A DNA stretch of 64,000 nt, taken from assembly GCA_020137815.1 (NCBI GenBank), contig CM035354.1, positions 6,138,001 through 6,202,000 on the forward strand. Reading direction: 5' to 3'. Made by a program: the position numbers and the translations under genes. The DNA comes from Hormiphora californensis (taxonomy: Eukaryota > Animalia > Ctenophora). This document shows, piece by piece, positions 11,701-22,902 of this stretch; positions within the stretch are counted from its first letter, which is position 1, and each line of letters opens with the position of its first letter. The notes below the pieces were generated by a model that was not told where the DNA came from, searched no databases, and saw only the letters and a list, made by a program, of their open reading frames with translations.

Positions 11701-13056
11701 CAACAACACTAATTCCAGGTGGGAGCTGAGAATGGGGATATTCTCAAGAAAAAGCCCAAGAGCAAAGTGGATTGGCTGCCTGATGAGAGGAGTGCTCTCC
11801 GTTCTCTCTACGAAGAGTTCCAATACGAGAAAGATCCCGTGGCGCTTATCCAAGAAAAACTGGACACCAAATCCCGGCAAAAGATAATCAAGGAGCTGGA
11901 GAGTATGTTGGGTGTGAGGAAGGCTGATCTAAATCCGGAGCGGTGTATCTGGACGAAAGATGAAGATGAAGAGCTGAAGATCCTGTACGAACACAAATCA
12001 GAGACCCACTCTGGGGAGGGATTGTTAGAGGTCATCCAGGACAAGATCTCCAAGTCTAGGACAGTTCAGGAGATTAAAGATGCACTGGTGAGGCTGAAAC
12101 TGAGAAGAGATGAGAGTAGCTCGGAGCACTTCTGGACTAAATCTGATCTGGCGGTAGTTGAGAAACACCAAGGTCTGCTGTCCAAGAAGGAGATGGTATT
12201 GCAGATAAGACAGGATTTACCTGATGTGGATTATAGCTCCATCATCCAGCAGCTCATTAGGATGGGTGTCATGACAACCATCCAGGGTGCTGAGATTCTA
12301 ATCCAGTGCAGTGATCTAGAACTTGAAGAGGAAGAGGAAGAAGAGGAGGAGGAGGAGGAGGAAGAGGAACATGATTTGTTTGATATTCCCAGTCATGTGC
12401 GAGGTTTGGAGTTGGATCATAGTGTCGCTCTCCGGTGGTTAACCCGTCTCTGTCAGGATGCAGTTGAGAACAGGGAGAACATGGTGGATTATGATACTGT
12501 GTTCCTGGTTCCTAAATGTGAGGAGCACCACGAGGCGTTGCGGGATGGAACATTTAAAGATCTGTTGAAGTGTCTGGGGGCGGTACCTCCACTCAGTGCT
12601 TACGAGACATTCTGGAAGATAACTAGTGATATCAGTGACAATGTGTTGAGAAAGGGGTTGTCACTTCTGAAAGGAGAGGATGGTGGAGATAGCACGGATC
12701 TGGATGATGTTGATGTGTCTAGTTATAATAGACCGATCCAGGAGGAAGAGGAGGAGGAGGGGGATATTGATGATTTCTTTGCAAAGTTACGGAACCAGAA
12801 ACCCACTGATAATGAGGCCGAGGTGTTTGTTGCACGTGCAGGGGACAAGTCACGTGATACAGAGTCACGTGGGGGCAAGTCACGTGATACAGGGTCACGT
12901 GACCAGTCTGATAGTAGTGACAAAGAGAATGAGGTCAGTGTGATCAGCAAGACTAAACGAACACTAGATGACAGTGATAGTGATGATGATATGGGAATGG
13001 TTAGTCAGACCAAAAAGAAACGAACTGCAATCATTGCTTTTAGTGACTCAGACTGA
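8794..13056 (+). CDS. TIMELESS: Timeless (TIM2/Timeout, replication fork protection), broken by apparent frameshifts, one likely intron ~11590-11718
   Basis: N-terminal TIMELESS domain (YVKGPECAICIGDLIKFLR, DLLPIL, LMVNLTMP, RHSRFGGTF, NNIFYQQEYRE), Myb-like W-repeats and a C-terminal PARP-binding-like domain (VFLVP...FKDLLKCLG...ETFWKI), spread over ORFs 8794-10029, 10322-11044 and 11719-13056. Confidence 0.92.
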
Positions 13057-13285
13057 TTGATAAGGGAGGAATTAGGGGGATATATGGATCAATTGGGTAC
13101 AAGAGAGGACGTTTTTAATTATTTTAACTTTTTGTTACTTTATGGTTATATTATTTTGTATTCACATCTTGTATTCAAATATTTGAACTCTAAAGTTATT
13201 CAAAAAAAAACATCGCTGTCTCTCTACTTGTGTGTGATAACAATTCTCTAATCTTGCCCACTAACTTTCTAGTGTTAGATACAAC

Positions 13286-16200
13286 ATGGCGTGGACATCT
13301 GACAGCAAATCTGCAATGTACTATCAAGGCCAAGGTGGGGCTAGTAGTAGGTCCAACAGCTCCAACCCAAGTAGGTCACTGAGTCATCTCGACTCTCGAG
13401 ACCACTGTGGACAATATATATGTACCAACTACCAACTCATTGAATGTTACTTTTCATTCCTACTCCTAACTATACCCCACTCCCCCCCCCCCCTAACACC
13501 ATTCCCTGTCCTCAGAAGCGCCTGGTAGCACCGAGGTGGCTGAGCCGGTGGCTAACTTCCTCAAGTGGCTATACCACTTCATTGAGAAGAACGAGATCTA
13601 CCATGTTGAAACAATGTATGAAGATGGCTTCTACAAGATCTCCGGTAGGTGATATCTGAGGCACAACATGCAGACCAAACCCCTTTGAGTTTCGAGAATA
13701 ACAAAGTTTTAATTCCATCCCCGTGTAATCATAACCACTTCCTAATCACCCCAAATTATCACCTAATTACCCCCCAGAGTTTTACTACAAGGACAGGCCA
13801 TGGCCCTCTCCCGAGGAAGTTCAGAGTATTGTAGAGGAGAAGGATGCCGGGTCCATCTTCATGATCTTGTACAGGGAACTCTACTACAGGCACATCTATG
13901 CTAAACTAAAACCCACACTCAACCACAGGTAAATTATTTAGTTCTTCAAAGTTTTATTTTGAAACTGGCCCGTTTTACCTTGTGTGGCTCACACCGCATT
14001 TTATTTCATCAAGTTTTATTTCTCCAATGCTAATGTAACCCATCTAGGTTTGAGTCCTTCTCCAACTACTGTGAGTTGTTCTCCTATCTGCTTGGTGCAG
14101 ATGAGCCAGTACAGATAGAGCTACCTAACAAGTGGCTGTGGGATATCATCGATGAGTTTGTGTATCAGTTTCAGAGCTTCCAACAGTTCAGAAGCAAGGC
14201 AAGTAGATAAGAACATCCACAGGATTAGCTAATTCACCCCGAGCTTTATCAATTATAACCCACCGCCCACCGGTTATGAAACAGGGTGTAAATTTTGGAT
14301 CTTTGCCATTTGCCAACGTTGGTATATTTATTTCCAGTCTCTCCATTATATTCTCTTTCCTACAGGGTACCAAGATGTCAGAGGAGGAGAAGGGAATGCT
14401 ACAAGACGAAGAGAACAGCTGGAAGGTAACTGCTGTTCTGAACATCCTCATGCAGTTGACCGAGAAGAGCAATATTAACGACCAGCTGAGAGCTCTGGAG
14501 GCTGGAGAACCTATCACTGAAGAGGTTGCCGGGGAATTTGGTATTAAACCCGTGTACTCTATGACAGGTAAAGTGATTCCTAAAATGTTGCATGTATCAC
14601 AATGACATTTCTAAATTCTGATTTATCTTTGTGTGGCTCACACCGTCATTTTATTTCAAAATGAACAGAGCGAGCGTGCTCTTTGATGGTTTGGTAGATC
14701 TAATTTATCTCTCCCTAAAACTACTACTACTCTCTCCGCAGGTTTCTTCTCCCTGGTAGGGTCTACTGCGACTCTACTTGCCTCCTGGGTGACTACCACA
14801 TGGCTCTATCCTGCATCAAACATGTATCAGTTCAAGGATAAAGATATGATGGCCCTGGTACCTGCCTGCCAAATTACTGCTAACTACTATGCTGGATTTG
14901 CATATTTCATGATCAGGAAATATGCCAACACCATCCAACTGTGAGTTCCCAGAATTATTAGCAGATAAAGAAAATAGTGACTCAGGGATTCTCAGGGATT
15001 TTACCAGATAACAAAATGTAGTGACTAATGAATTATCAACAACTCCTCTCCCTAACCCCCTAACTACTAATATATCTCACCTGCAGGTATCAGCACATTC
15101 TTGGTTACATGCAGCGAACAAAGCAGTTCTTCCAGAACCGATCCTTCCAGGCTGAGGATATTAACAAGAAGAATGATCAGATGCTGGCCCTCCTTGCTAT
15201 CGCCAATACCTTCTGCCCTCTGAGGCTGGATGAGAGCGTCAATATCCAGGTAGGGAGTAGTAGGGGAAAAAAAATAATCTTATACCGTAGTTCGTCATAC
15301 ACCGTTTTATTCAAAATTTTGTCCACGCAAAAATTATCTTTGCGAACCCTCCACATAAGCACGCAAAAAATTCTCTGCCAAAACACTCTCATGAGGTGTT
15401 TGGTAGTGAAAAGTTAACTGCCGCAAGGGCAGGCATGCCCAGACTCTTATTTTACATTTGAAACTGAACCCCTCCTTGTTGTAGATCAAAGAGAAACAGG
15501 GAGAGAAAGTGAACAGGTTACAGCACGATAGAGATATGACTGTGTACGATGACCTGTTCTTCAGTGGATGCCCCAAGTTCCTGTCCCCTGTCGTATCTGA
15601 GAATCCGACACCCTTCGGAACAAGGTAACAATTGTTATAGCTTTTCAAGGAAACGATAAGTTTTTCTAGGACAAGTGACAAATCGTTTGCCTTGCTCGAC
15701 CCTGTAAAAAGGGTTTGAGCAAAACAACTTATCTTATTGTATGCTATTATCTCTAGCTCTTAAACACCATTTGTTTCAGTGGCCCCCGAGGTCTCCAGCT
15801 GCAGGTATTCAAGGCAGAGGTTGAGCAACAGAGGCTAATTCCTACCCTCCGAAGTTTCCTTAAACTCTACACCTCCATCCCCATTTCCAAACTTGCCAAG
15901 TTCCTTGACATGAATGAGAATGAAGTGAGGTGCTGTTTAATGGCCTTCAAGCACAAAAAAGAAATTGTAAGTGTTACACCGGTCATTCATTTTCTATCCC
16001 GCTGTGTGTCCCACTGAGGCCGGTCTCAGTTGTGGAGAGTGTGTGCAGTAACGCGCGGTGCGTCATTGGTAGAGACAATGCCGCGCACTCACTCTCACCT
16101 CCCGCCCAACCCTGATTACCACATCGACCTCCATCTTGTACACCACTTGTCTGGGCTGTTATGGGCACTCCATTACTGCCCACTACCTCTTAAAACTCAA

Positions 16201-16452
16201 ATACCAAGCCTCAGACAAGTTCTTTCCATTAATACCCCTTCTCTCTCTCTTTAGGCCAGGGGAGATAACGTTGACCAGACCACACTTGATATCGATTTCT
16301 ATGTTGACAAGGATATGATCCATATTTCGGATACTAAAATCGCTCGACATTACGGAGACTATTACGTACAACAAGTCTTGAAGCTGAAGGAATCGAATAA
16401 GTTGATACTGGGCTCTGCTCTCACCCGACCAGGACCCCAGCCAGCTGTTTAA
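13286..16452 (+). CDS. EIF3L: Eukaryotic translation initiation factor 3 subunit L
   Basis: Exons encode [66 protein letters not shown] and [16 protein letters not shown]. Stop TAA at 16450-16452. Confidence 0.95.
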
Positions 16453-16770
16453 ACCGGGACACTTTTACCATTAATTTATGACCCAAGATGTGTGCCTGGG
16501 AGATCTTTTTTCGTTTTATCCTCTTGTTGTTGAGTGTGAAGTGGTTTTGTGAAATTCACAGACAAACAAATACATTTGCAACAGAAAAAAGATATCGGTG
16601 TATTCACAGGTCTTTTCAACAAAGAGACGGTGTAAAGATTGGTAAAAAACGTAAAATCACATGACTCATCTAAAGTCTCTTATCACACACGAAACACAGT
16701 GTTGTCAGTCCTAAATCACACCTTCATAATCACACCCTAAATCACACTCCTTCCCAAATCACACAGTCCT

Positions 16771-19700
16771 CTAATCGGACCAGTCATCATCAGACTCGCT
16801 ATCAGATTTATCAGAATCAACAGCCAAATGTTTGTTTCTCTCTGCTAGAGCCCTTGCTAGTGCACCTGCCATACCCTCCAATTTATCTTCCGGCTCAGGT
16901 TCAGGTCGGTTGTCAGCCTGAAAGAAGGAAGGAGTTAGAGTGCGCGCTAAGGAGTCTACAAATGAGAGGATTGGCGTTCGCGCGTGCTGGGTGCTGTTCT
17001 GCTGAGTTGAAGTTATAAATAGAAGAGATCAGGTCTGGAGATGATCAGAGAGATGCAATGTGATCGTGAGAGAGAGTGGCTGCAGAAAATAAACCCTCCC
17101 GCACACACCCAACCATCCCACACGCCTCACACACACTCACAGATCGATCACTTCTGGGGGTACCAGACTTGGAGGAACTCTCCGATTTGTTGGCCTGAAT
17201 TTTGGGATTATTTTAACAATCAAACAGCAAAAAAGGGGGTAGTTTATCAGTTATCTAACTTACAGCTTTAAGACCTCCTCTAGCTCCACCGAATCCCCTG
17301 ATGGCAGACATTAGATCCCCACCACCACCAGCACCTCCAGCAGGTGCGGCGGGTAAAGGGTTATTGGCAGCACTTTGCAACTGTTTACCCCTCCTAATTT
17401 CATCTAGCAAGTTCCCCTTCCCCGGGGGAGGTGGGGGCGCACCAGGTGCCACTTTAGCCAATGCAGGGGCAGGAGGTGCCCGTGGGGCTGCCGGAGCAGG
17501 GGGAGCTTTAGGTGCAGGAGGGGCTGCAGGGGCAGGAGGGGCCCTTGGTGCAGCTGGTGCTGGAGGTCCACGGGAATGGGCAGGGGGTGGAGGAGGTGCA
17601 CCTCTATTACCTGGTAATGGGACAATGTTAGCATTTAGTGGTACGTCACTCACCCAGTGTCAAAAACTCGAGAAATTTCGAATCCAATTTCCATCTTTGA
17701 GGGAAAGTAATGCCTGGCCTAGTTCCCGAAATCCGAATCACATAGATTTGTCGGTAATGTGAATAACTTACACACAAGGTGGTGGTCCCTATTGTTACTT
17801 ACTAGGTGGTGGGGGAGGTGATCCCTATTGTTACTTACTAGGTGGTGGGGGTGGTGGTCCCTGTCGATGAGGTGCAGGGGGAGGTGGTCCCCTCTCATTC
17901 CTAGCGGGGGGTGGTGCTCGTCCCCCTGCCCTGGGGCCGGGTGGTGGGGGAGGTGCCCCCCGATTAGAGGAGGGAGGTGCAGGTGGGGCACCACCTCCCC
18001 GACTAGGTGGGGCAGGGGGAGGAGGTCGGCCACTCGGCTTTGTAGTACCAGCAGGTTTCTCTAAAGTTTCTATTCCCCCCATTTGGTCTACATAATCAGT
18101 AATAAACTGGGCGGTACTCTCATCCAGTTCGTTAGCCTTGACACCAGCAGCGTTCAGGAGTTGCTTGAACAAGGGATGCGCTTGGGAATCCTGAGAGGTG
18201 GGGGGGGTTCATTAATTTTATCGGGATTTTATCAAAATACTATTTAAGTTTTCTGTCAGAGCCAGATATCACATATATGAAACATATGATGAAAGCTTCA
18301 CACACATGTGTAACAGCCTCGTGATTTGCTTACATCAAACTTGTTCTTGGTTTCGTCCCAACCCAAGATGGCTGAGATGTTTGAAATTGGATGGTCCTGA
18401 AATATCAGCCTTGCTAATCCCCTTCTTCTTCTTATCCTTCTTTTTATCTTTCTTCTTTTTGTCCTTCTTACTAAGAGGAGCCACCGGCTCAGGGACAGGG
18501 ATATTGTTGGTTGTTGGTGGAGGCATGACTGCAGCGGGTGGGGGTCGGTTCTGGGCATCTATCTTCTCTGAAATATAGAGCGGTATGTGAGGGACAATGT
18601 GAGAGGGAAGGAGAGGAGAGAGTAGGAGAGGAGAGAGATAGAGAGAAAGAGAGGAAGATAGTGGAAGAGAGAGAGGAGATACTAATCGACGAGACTCAGA
18701 CCTACATATCCGCTCCCCTAGCCGTCTCTGCGCTCTCTGCATTTACTGATATGCCTCCTCACCGCGTTCTTTCTCTTCCCTCCTCTACTCTCCCTCCCTT
18801 CCCTCTTGCGCGGGTCGGCTCTGCTCTTTACCGGGGGCTCCTCCGTCTCTCGCCTCCTCTCCTCCTCCCTCTACGCTTCTCTCGTGCTGACCGCGTCTCG
18901 CTGCTTCTCTGCCTCCGCTCGGCTTCGTCTCCCTGCTCTCGTCTCGGCTCGTCTCTCCTCTCTTGCGCTTCTCTGCTCTCTCGCTCGCCGTCCCTTCTGG
19001 ACTGCGTCTCTGGCTGCGTCGTCCGTCGGCGCGCTCTCTCTCCGCCTCTCGCCGCTAGCCGCTCCGCGCTCTCGCGCGTCTCTTCTCTCCCCGCTCTCCT
19101 CCGCTCTCTCAGCTCGCTTCTCTCCGCCTCCCTCTTCGTCCTGCGAGAACATGAAACTGCAGCAACCCCTCCTACCTAATCTGTCGTATCGGTCATTAAA
19201 CTGAATGATGCACCCATCAACCGAGACAGTTCGTTTCACCATATCCCCCACCGCACCTCCCGGCACCCTTTTCAAACTATTAGATATCGGCAGAGGTGCG
19301 GGACCGTCTTCCCTTTGTCCCTAGGGGGTCTCCTCCAACTTTTCCGGCCCCCTCACCTCCTGATCCCTCTAATCACTTCCTAGTCTTTCACATATCATAC
19401 CCTCTTCCTTTGTGTTCGACCGTCAGCAGATGCTACCCTGACCCTTCCTGTGGTGTGGTAATCCCCTGGCTGATGGGAGGTTGCGGAGGTGTGTAGATGA
19501 TTCGATGGGGAGGTGTGTTGGTAGGAGGGTCCATAGTTATGTGTAGGAGATGAGCGGGTGTGGTAGGAGGGTTGGGATATCGGGTAGTTCGTTGGAGAGG
19601 TAGTTGTGCTAGATCCTGGGCTTTGGTATGAAAAAGAGCTGTACCCAAGAGGGTCGTGGGAGGAGCACGAGGGAGATGACACCATATATCCCAGATGGAG

Positions 19701-20816
19701 TGGGTGGGTCACCTGTTCAGTACAATGGTAACTCTCTCGATTTAAAGAGGTCCCATAACTGCTGCAACTCTTAAAATCTCCTTGGCGGTAGAACGGAATT
19801 TCATCGGCGAATGCCACACTTTTCTTAGCCCGTGGTAAGGATTTAGTAGGAGATATGATGGTGGGACGAGGTCTAGTAACCAGGTCACATGACCGGGCGG
19901 ATCGTAGTGGAGAAGGAGGTGGAGGAGGTATCCGGTCAGATAGTTCTATCAGCCCACTGTCAGTAGCTGGATCACTCAGATGATTAGCAGTAGGGCAGGC
20001 TGGAATTGGACTGATGGAACACGGTCGTCTCTCCTTCTTCACCATGTGAAGGTTTCAGAGGAGAGAGAGAGTTTGTTCAATCCTCACACTCTCTCTGATG
20101 GCCCAAGAATGAAAGTTACATTTACAACTCCTTAATCTGCAACCTTCGATAACAAATTGTCAAAACTGTTCGTATACTGCACTTATTTCCAAGTTGCAAC
20201 ACTGGACACTGGATCGGGGAAACAAATCAATGTTGTCAGAAGAGAATAAGGGGAGGGTAGCAAGGTAACATACTTGCTTCTGCAAACGAGTTAACGCGAG
20301 AGAGACGTTATACACACACAAAGTTTCTGCATAGGGCTAGAGGGAGAGAGCGGGATAGTGGTTGAACGAGAGAGAGGGAGAGAGGGCTACAATAATCTAG
20401 GGTATAGAGAGAGAGCTCAGTGAGGGAGAGCTGAATGCAGCTCAGGCAGAGAGGGAATTATAGATGTTGGGTGTTAGCAGACATCCAGGCGAGGGAGAGC
20501 AAATGGACAACTTCAACATCTAGCTGCAAGCGGACGAATTAAGAATGGAGACAAAAAATAACGATAGAGAGACAGACAAAAAAAGACGGCGAGAATACAG
20601 CAATATAGAGATTGAAAACTGGAGAGGTGTAGTCTGACCAGTGACCAATTCACCGGAGAGACAAAGTGAGAGAGATGAAAATGAGTAAGGATAGAGCCAG
20701 AGGACAGAGAGCGAGAGAGAGAGGGGGGATAGAGAGACTAGAGAAAGAAGGGAGAGAGAGGTGTAGTGAGACAGAGAAAGAAAGGCAGTGAAAATAAGAG
20801 AGAAAGAAGAGAGAGA

Positions 20817-20879
<63 letters not shown>

Positions 20880-21227
20880 CGCGAGAGAGAGAATGATATA
20901 GTAAATGGTTTAAAGAAAGTTTAAAATTAAAACTTTAAAGACTGTAGCTAGCGAGATCTAGTTGCTCCAGGGTGGTAAATGAGGCAGAATAAAGAAAGGA
21001 GATAAGAGAGATTGATTGAGCGTAACAAGAGAGAGATATTGGATATAAAGTCAATTGATAGGATGATTTGTCATTTGTTCTGAACAATTGGTCAATGGTC
21101 ATGGTATTGCACCTACCCTTTCTCTTTTTATTTCGATTGATTATTCCATTGACGGCATCTAAAAACAGTTGTGCCTCACCATCGTGACAGAAGTTCAGCC
21201 CTACCATACACTTCTGGAAAAGGAAGA

Positions 21228-21283
<56 letters not shown>

Positions 21284-22293
21284 TTAGAGAGAAAGAGAGA
21301 AGTAGAGCACACACAAGTGTACAAACGTGCACGTACTGCTGCAGACCATCCAACATTACACGCGAATGACTGTCAAAACACTAAACAGGAAAAGAGATCA
21401 TAAAACTCAGATAGTGAGGGTAATCCAATACTCCTATATTTTTAGTATTTTATCATGTTTGTGGAAGTTTCGGAGAGAAAAGGGGACAGAAAGAGAGGGA
21501 GAGAGTGAGACAGAAAGAGACATGATCATCGAGACATCATGATCATCGATACCCGACAGTCAGGCGCTCTGCATATTTTACATGCTTAGACATTTGGTAA
21601 ATTTTAAATATTTAAACAAATCACCAACTGGGATGATTACTTATTACTTCTAGATTATCTATCCCAATATTGATTTCCAACCTCATTCCAAGCCACTAAT
21701 CCCACCATAATTATAGGGGATCCTCGACCCCCCCCTGGATCCCTCTTTCTATACGCTACCCTTTTAGTTACCTCTCCAGCGAAGGTATGGAAGTAGGGAT
21801 ATGGTGTCCTGTAGTCCATTTCTAGGTAAAATTCCTCCGAGTGCACCACTGTATGTGTCTGCGGAGGAGGAGCGTGTTAGTAAGTTGATAAGGGCGAGAT
21901 GAGCGAGTTAGTACTGGTAAGGGCGAGAGGAGCGAGTGGCCCCAAGAACAAGAACATGTCCTACGAATTAAGTCTTACATCAATGTTAACAACATGAATG
22001 AAGTATGATCTTTGGTTGTGGTCCTTCACCACACAGGCCACTCCAGTATTCTTCTTTGTCCAGACCCGGGGATTTGGTGCTGCTTGGAACAACTGGGCTA
22101 CCGTACACGCCATCACCTGTTATAATAGTGGGTGTTAAGGAATATTTTAAACAATTGGGGCTGGATATAGTTGATATTTCAAAGAAAGTCTTACTCACCT
22201 CTTGTTTAGGGGCGTACATCTCCCGAATAATGGTGTTTTCCTCATTTGATAGGAGCTCTGACCGAGCATACGTCGGCGAGGCTTTGTTAGCCA
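16771..22293 (-). CDS. WASL: WASP/N-WASP actin nucleation-promoting factor
   Basis: WH1 exons (SELLSNEEN, WTKKNTGVACVVKD, PYFHTFAGE, MVGLNFCHDGEA), basic tract plus CRIB (KKKGISKADISGPSNFKHLSH), polyproline, two WH2 motifs (NLLDEIRRGKQLQSA, DLMSAIRG), and central/acidic end GALARALAER...DDDWSD*. Confidence 0.93.
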
Positions 22294-22902
22294 TGATAAT
22301 AGTCTTGCTAGATTGGTACTGAAGAGAGAGAAGCTTTTAGATGGATTGTGGGAGTGTTATCGTTTTCCCGGGGATTCTCTCTAAAATCGTGATTTTAGAT
22401 CAGAAATTCATGAGATTTCTGTCTCCTGCTTTTAAAAATTGGAACCTTACAAGCAAAATAAGTCACGCACAAATTCCGAAGTTGATCTGAAATCCGGATA
22501 AATATTCCGTCTTGCTTGCAAAATATCCAAGACCTGATTATGAGAGACTGTATCGGGGTGGGGAAGGACGCTCCCTGGTATTGGAAAATTCGGTTACTCT
22601 TCGGACATTCCAAAATCCTATTTTCTTTCCAGCGATGATAAAAATATATGCAAGCCGGGACACAACTAATATTCCATGGTGTTACAGCTAAAACAGGTCT
22701 TTCAACAAACGCGGGCGAAATAGAACGGCAAGAGGGGTGGTACACACATATATCATGGATATAAAATAGCGATAGAGAGGGGGCCTGTTGCGGCTGCTGG
22801 AGAGGGGGTAATCGAATTGGGAGAGATTAGATGAGACGGAGCTGATGCTACCTTGGTCACAAACTCTCATTTGGGAATTCCTTTTGTTTGGTTTGCAGTG
22901 AT

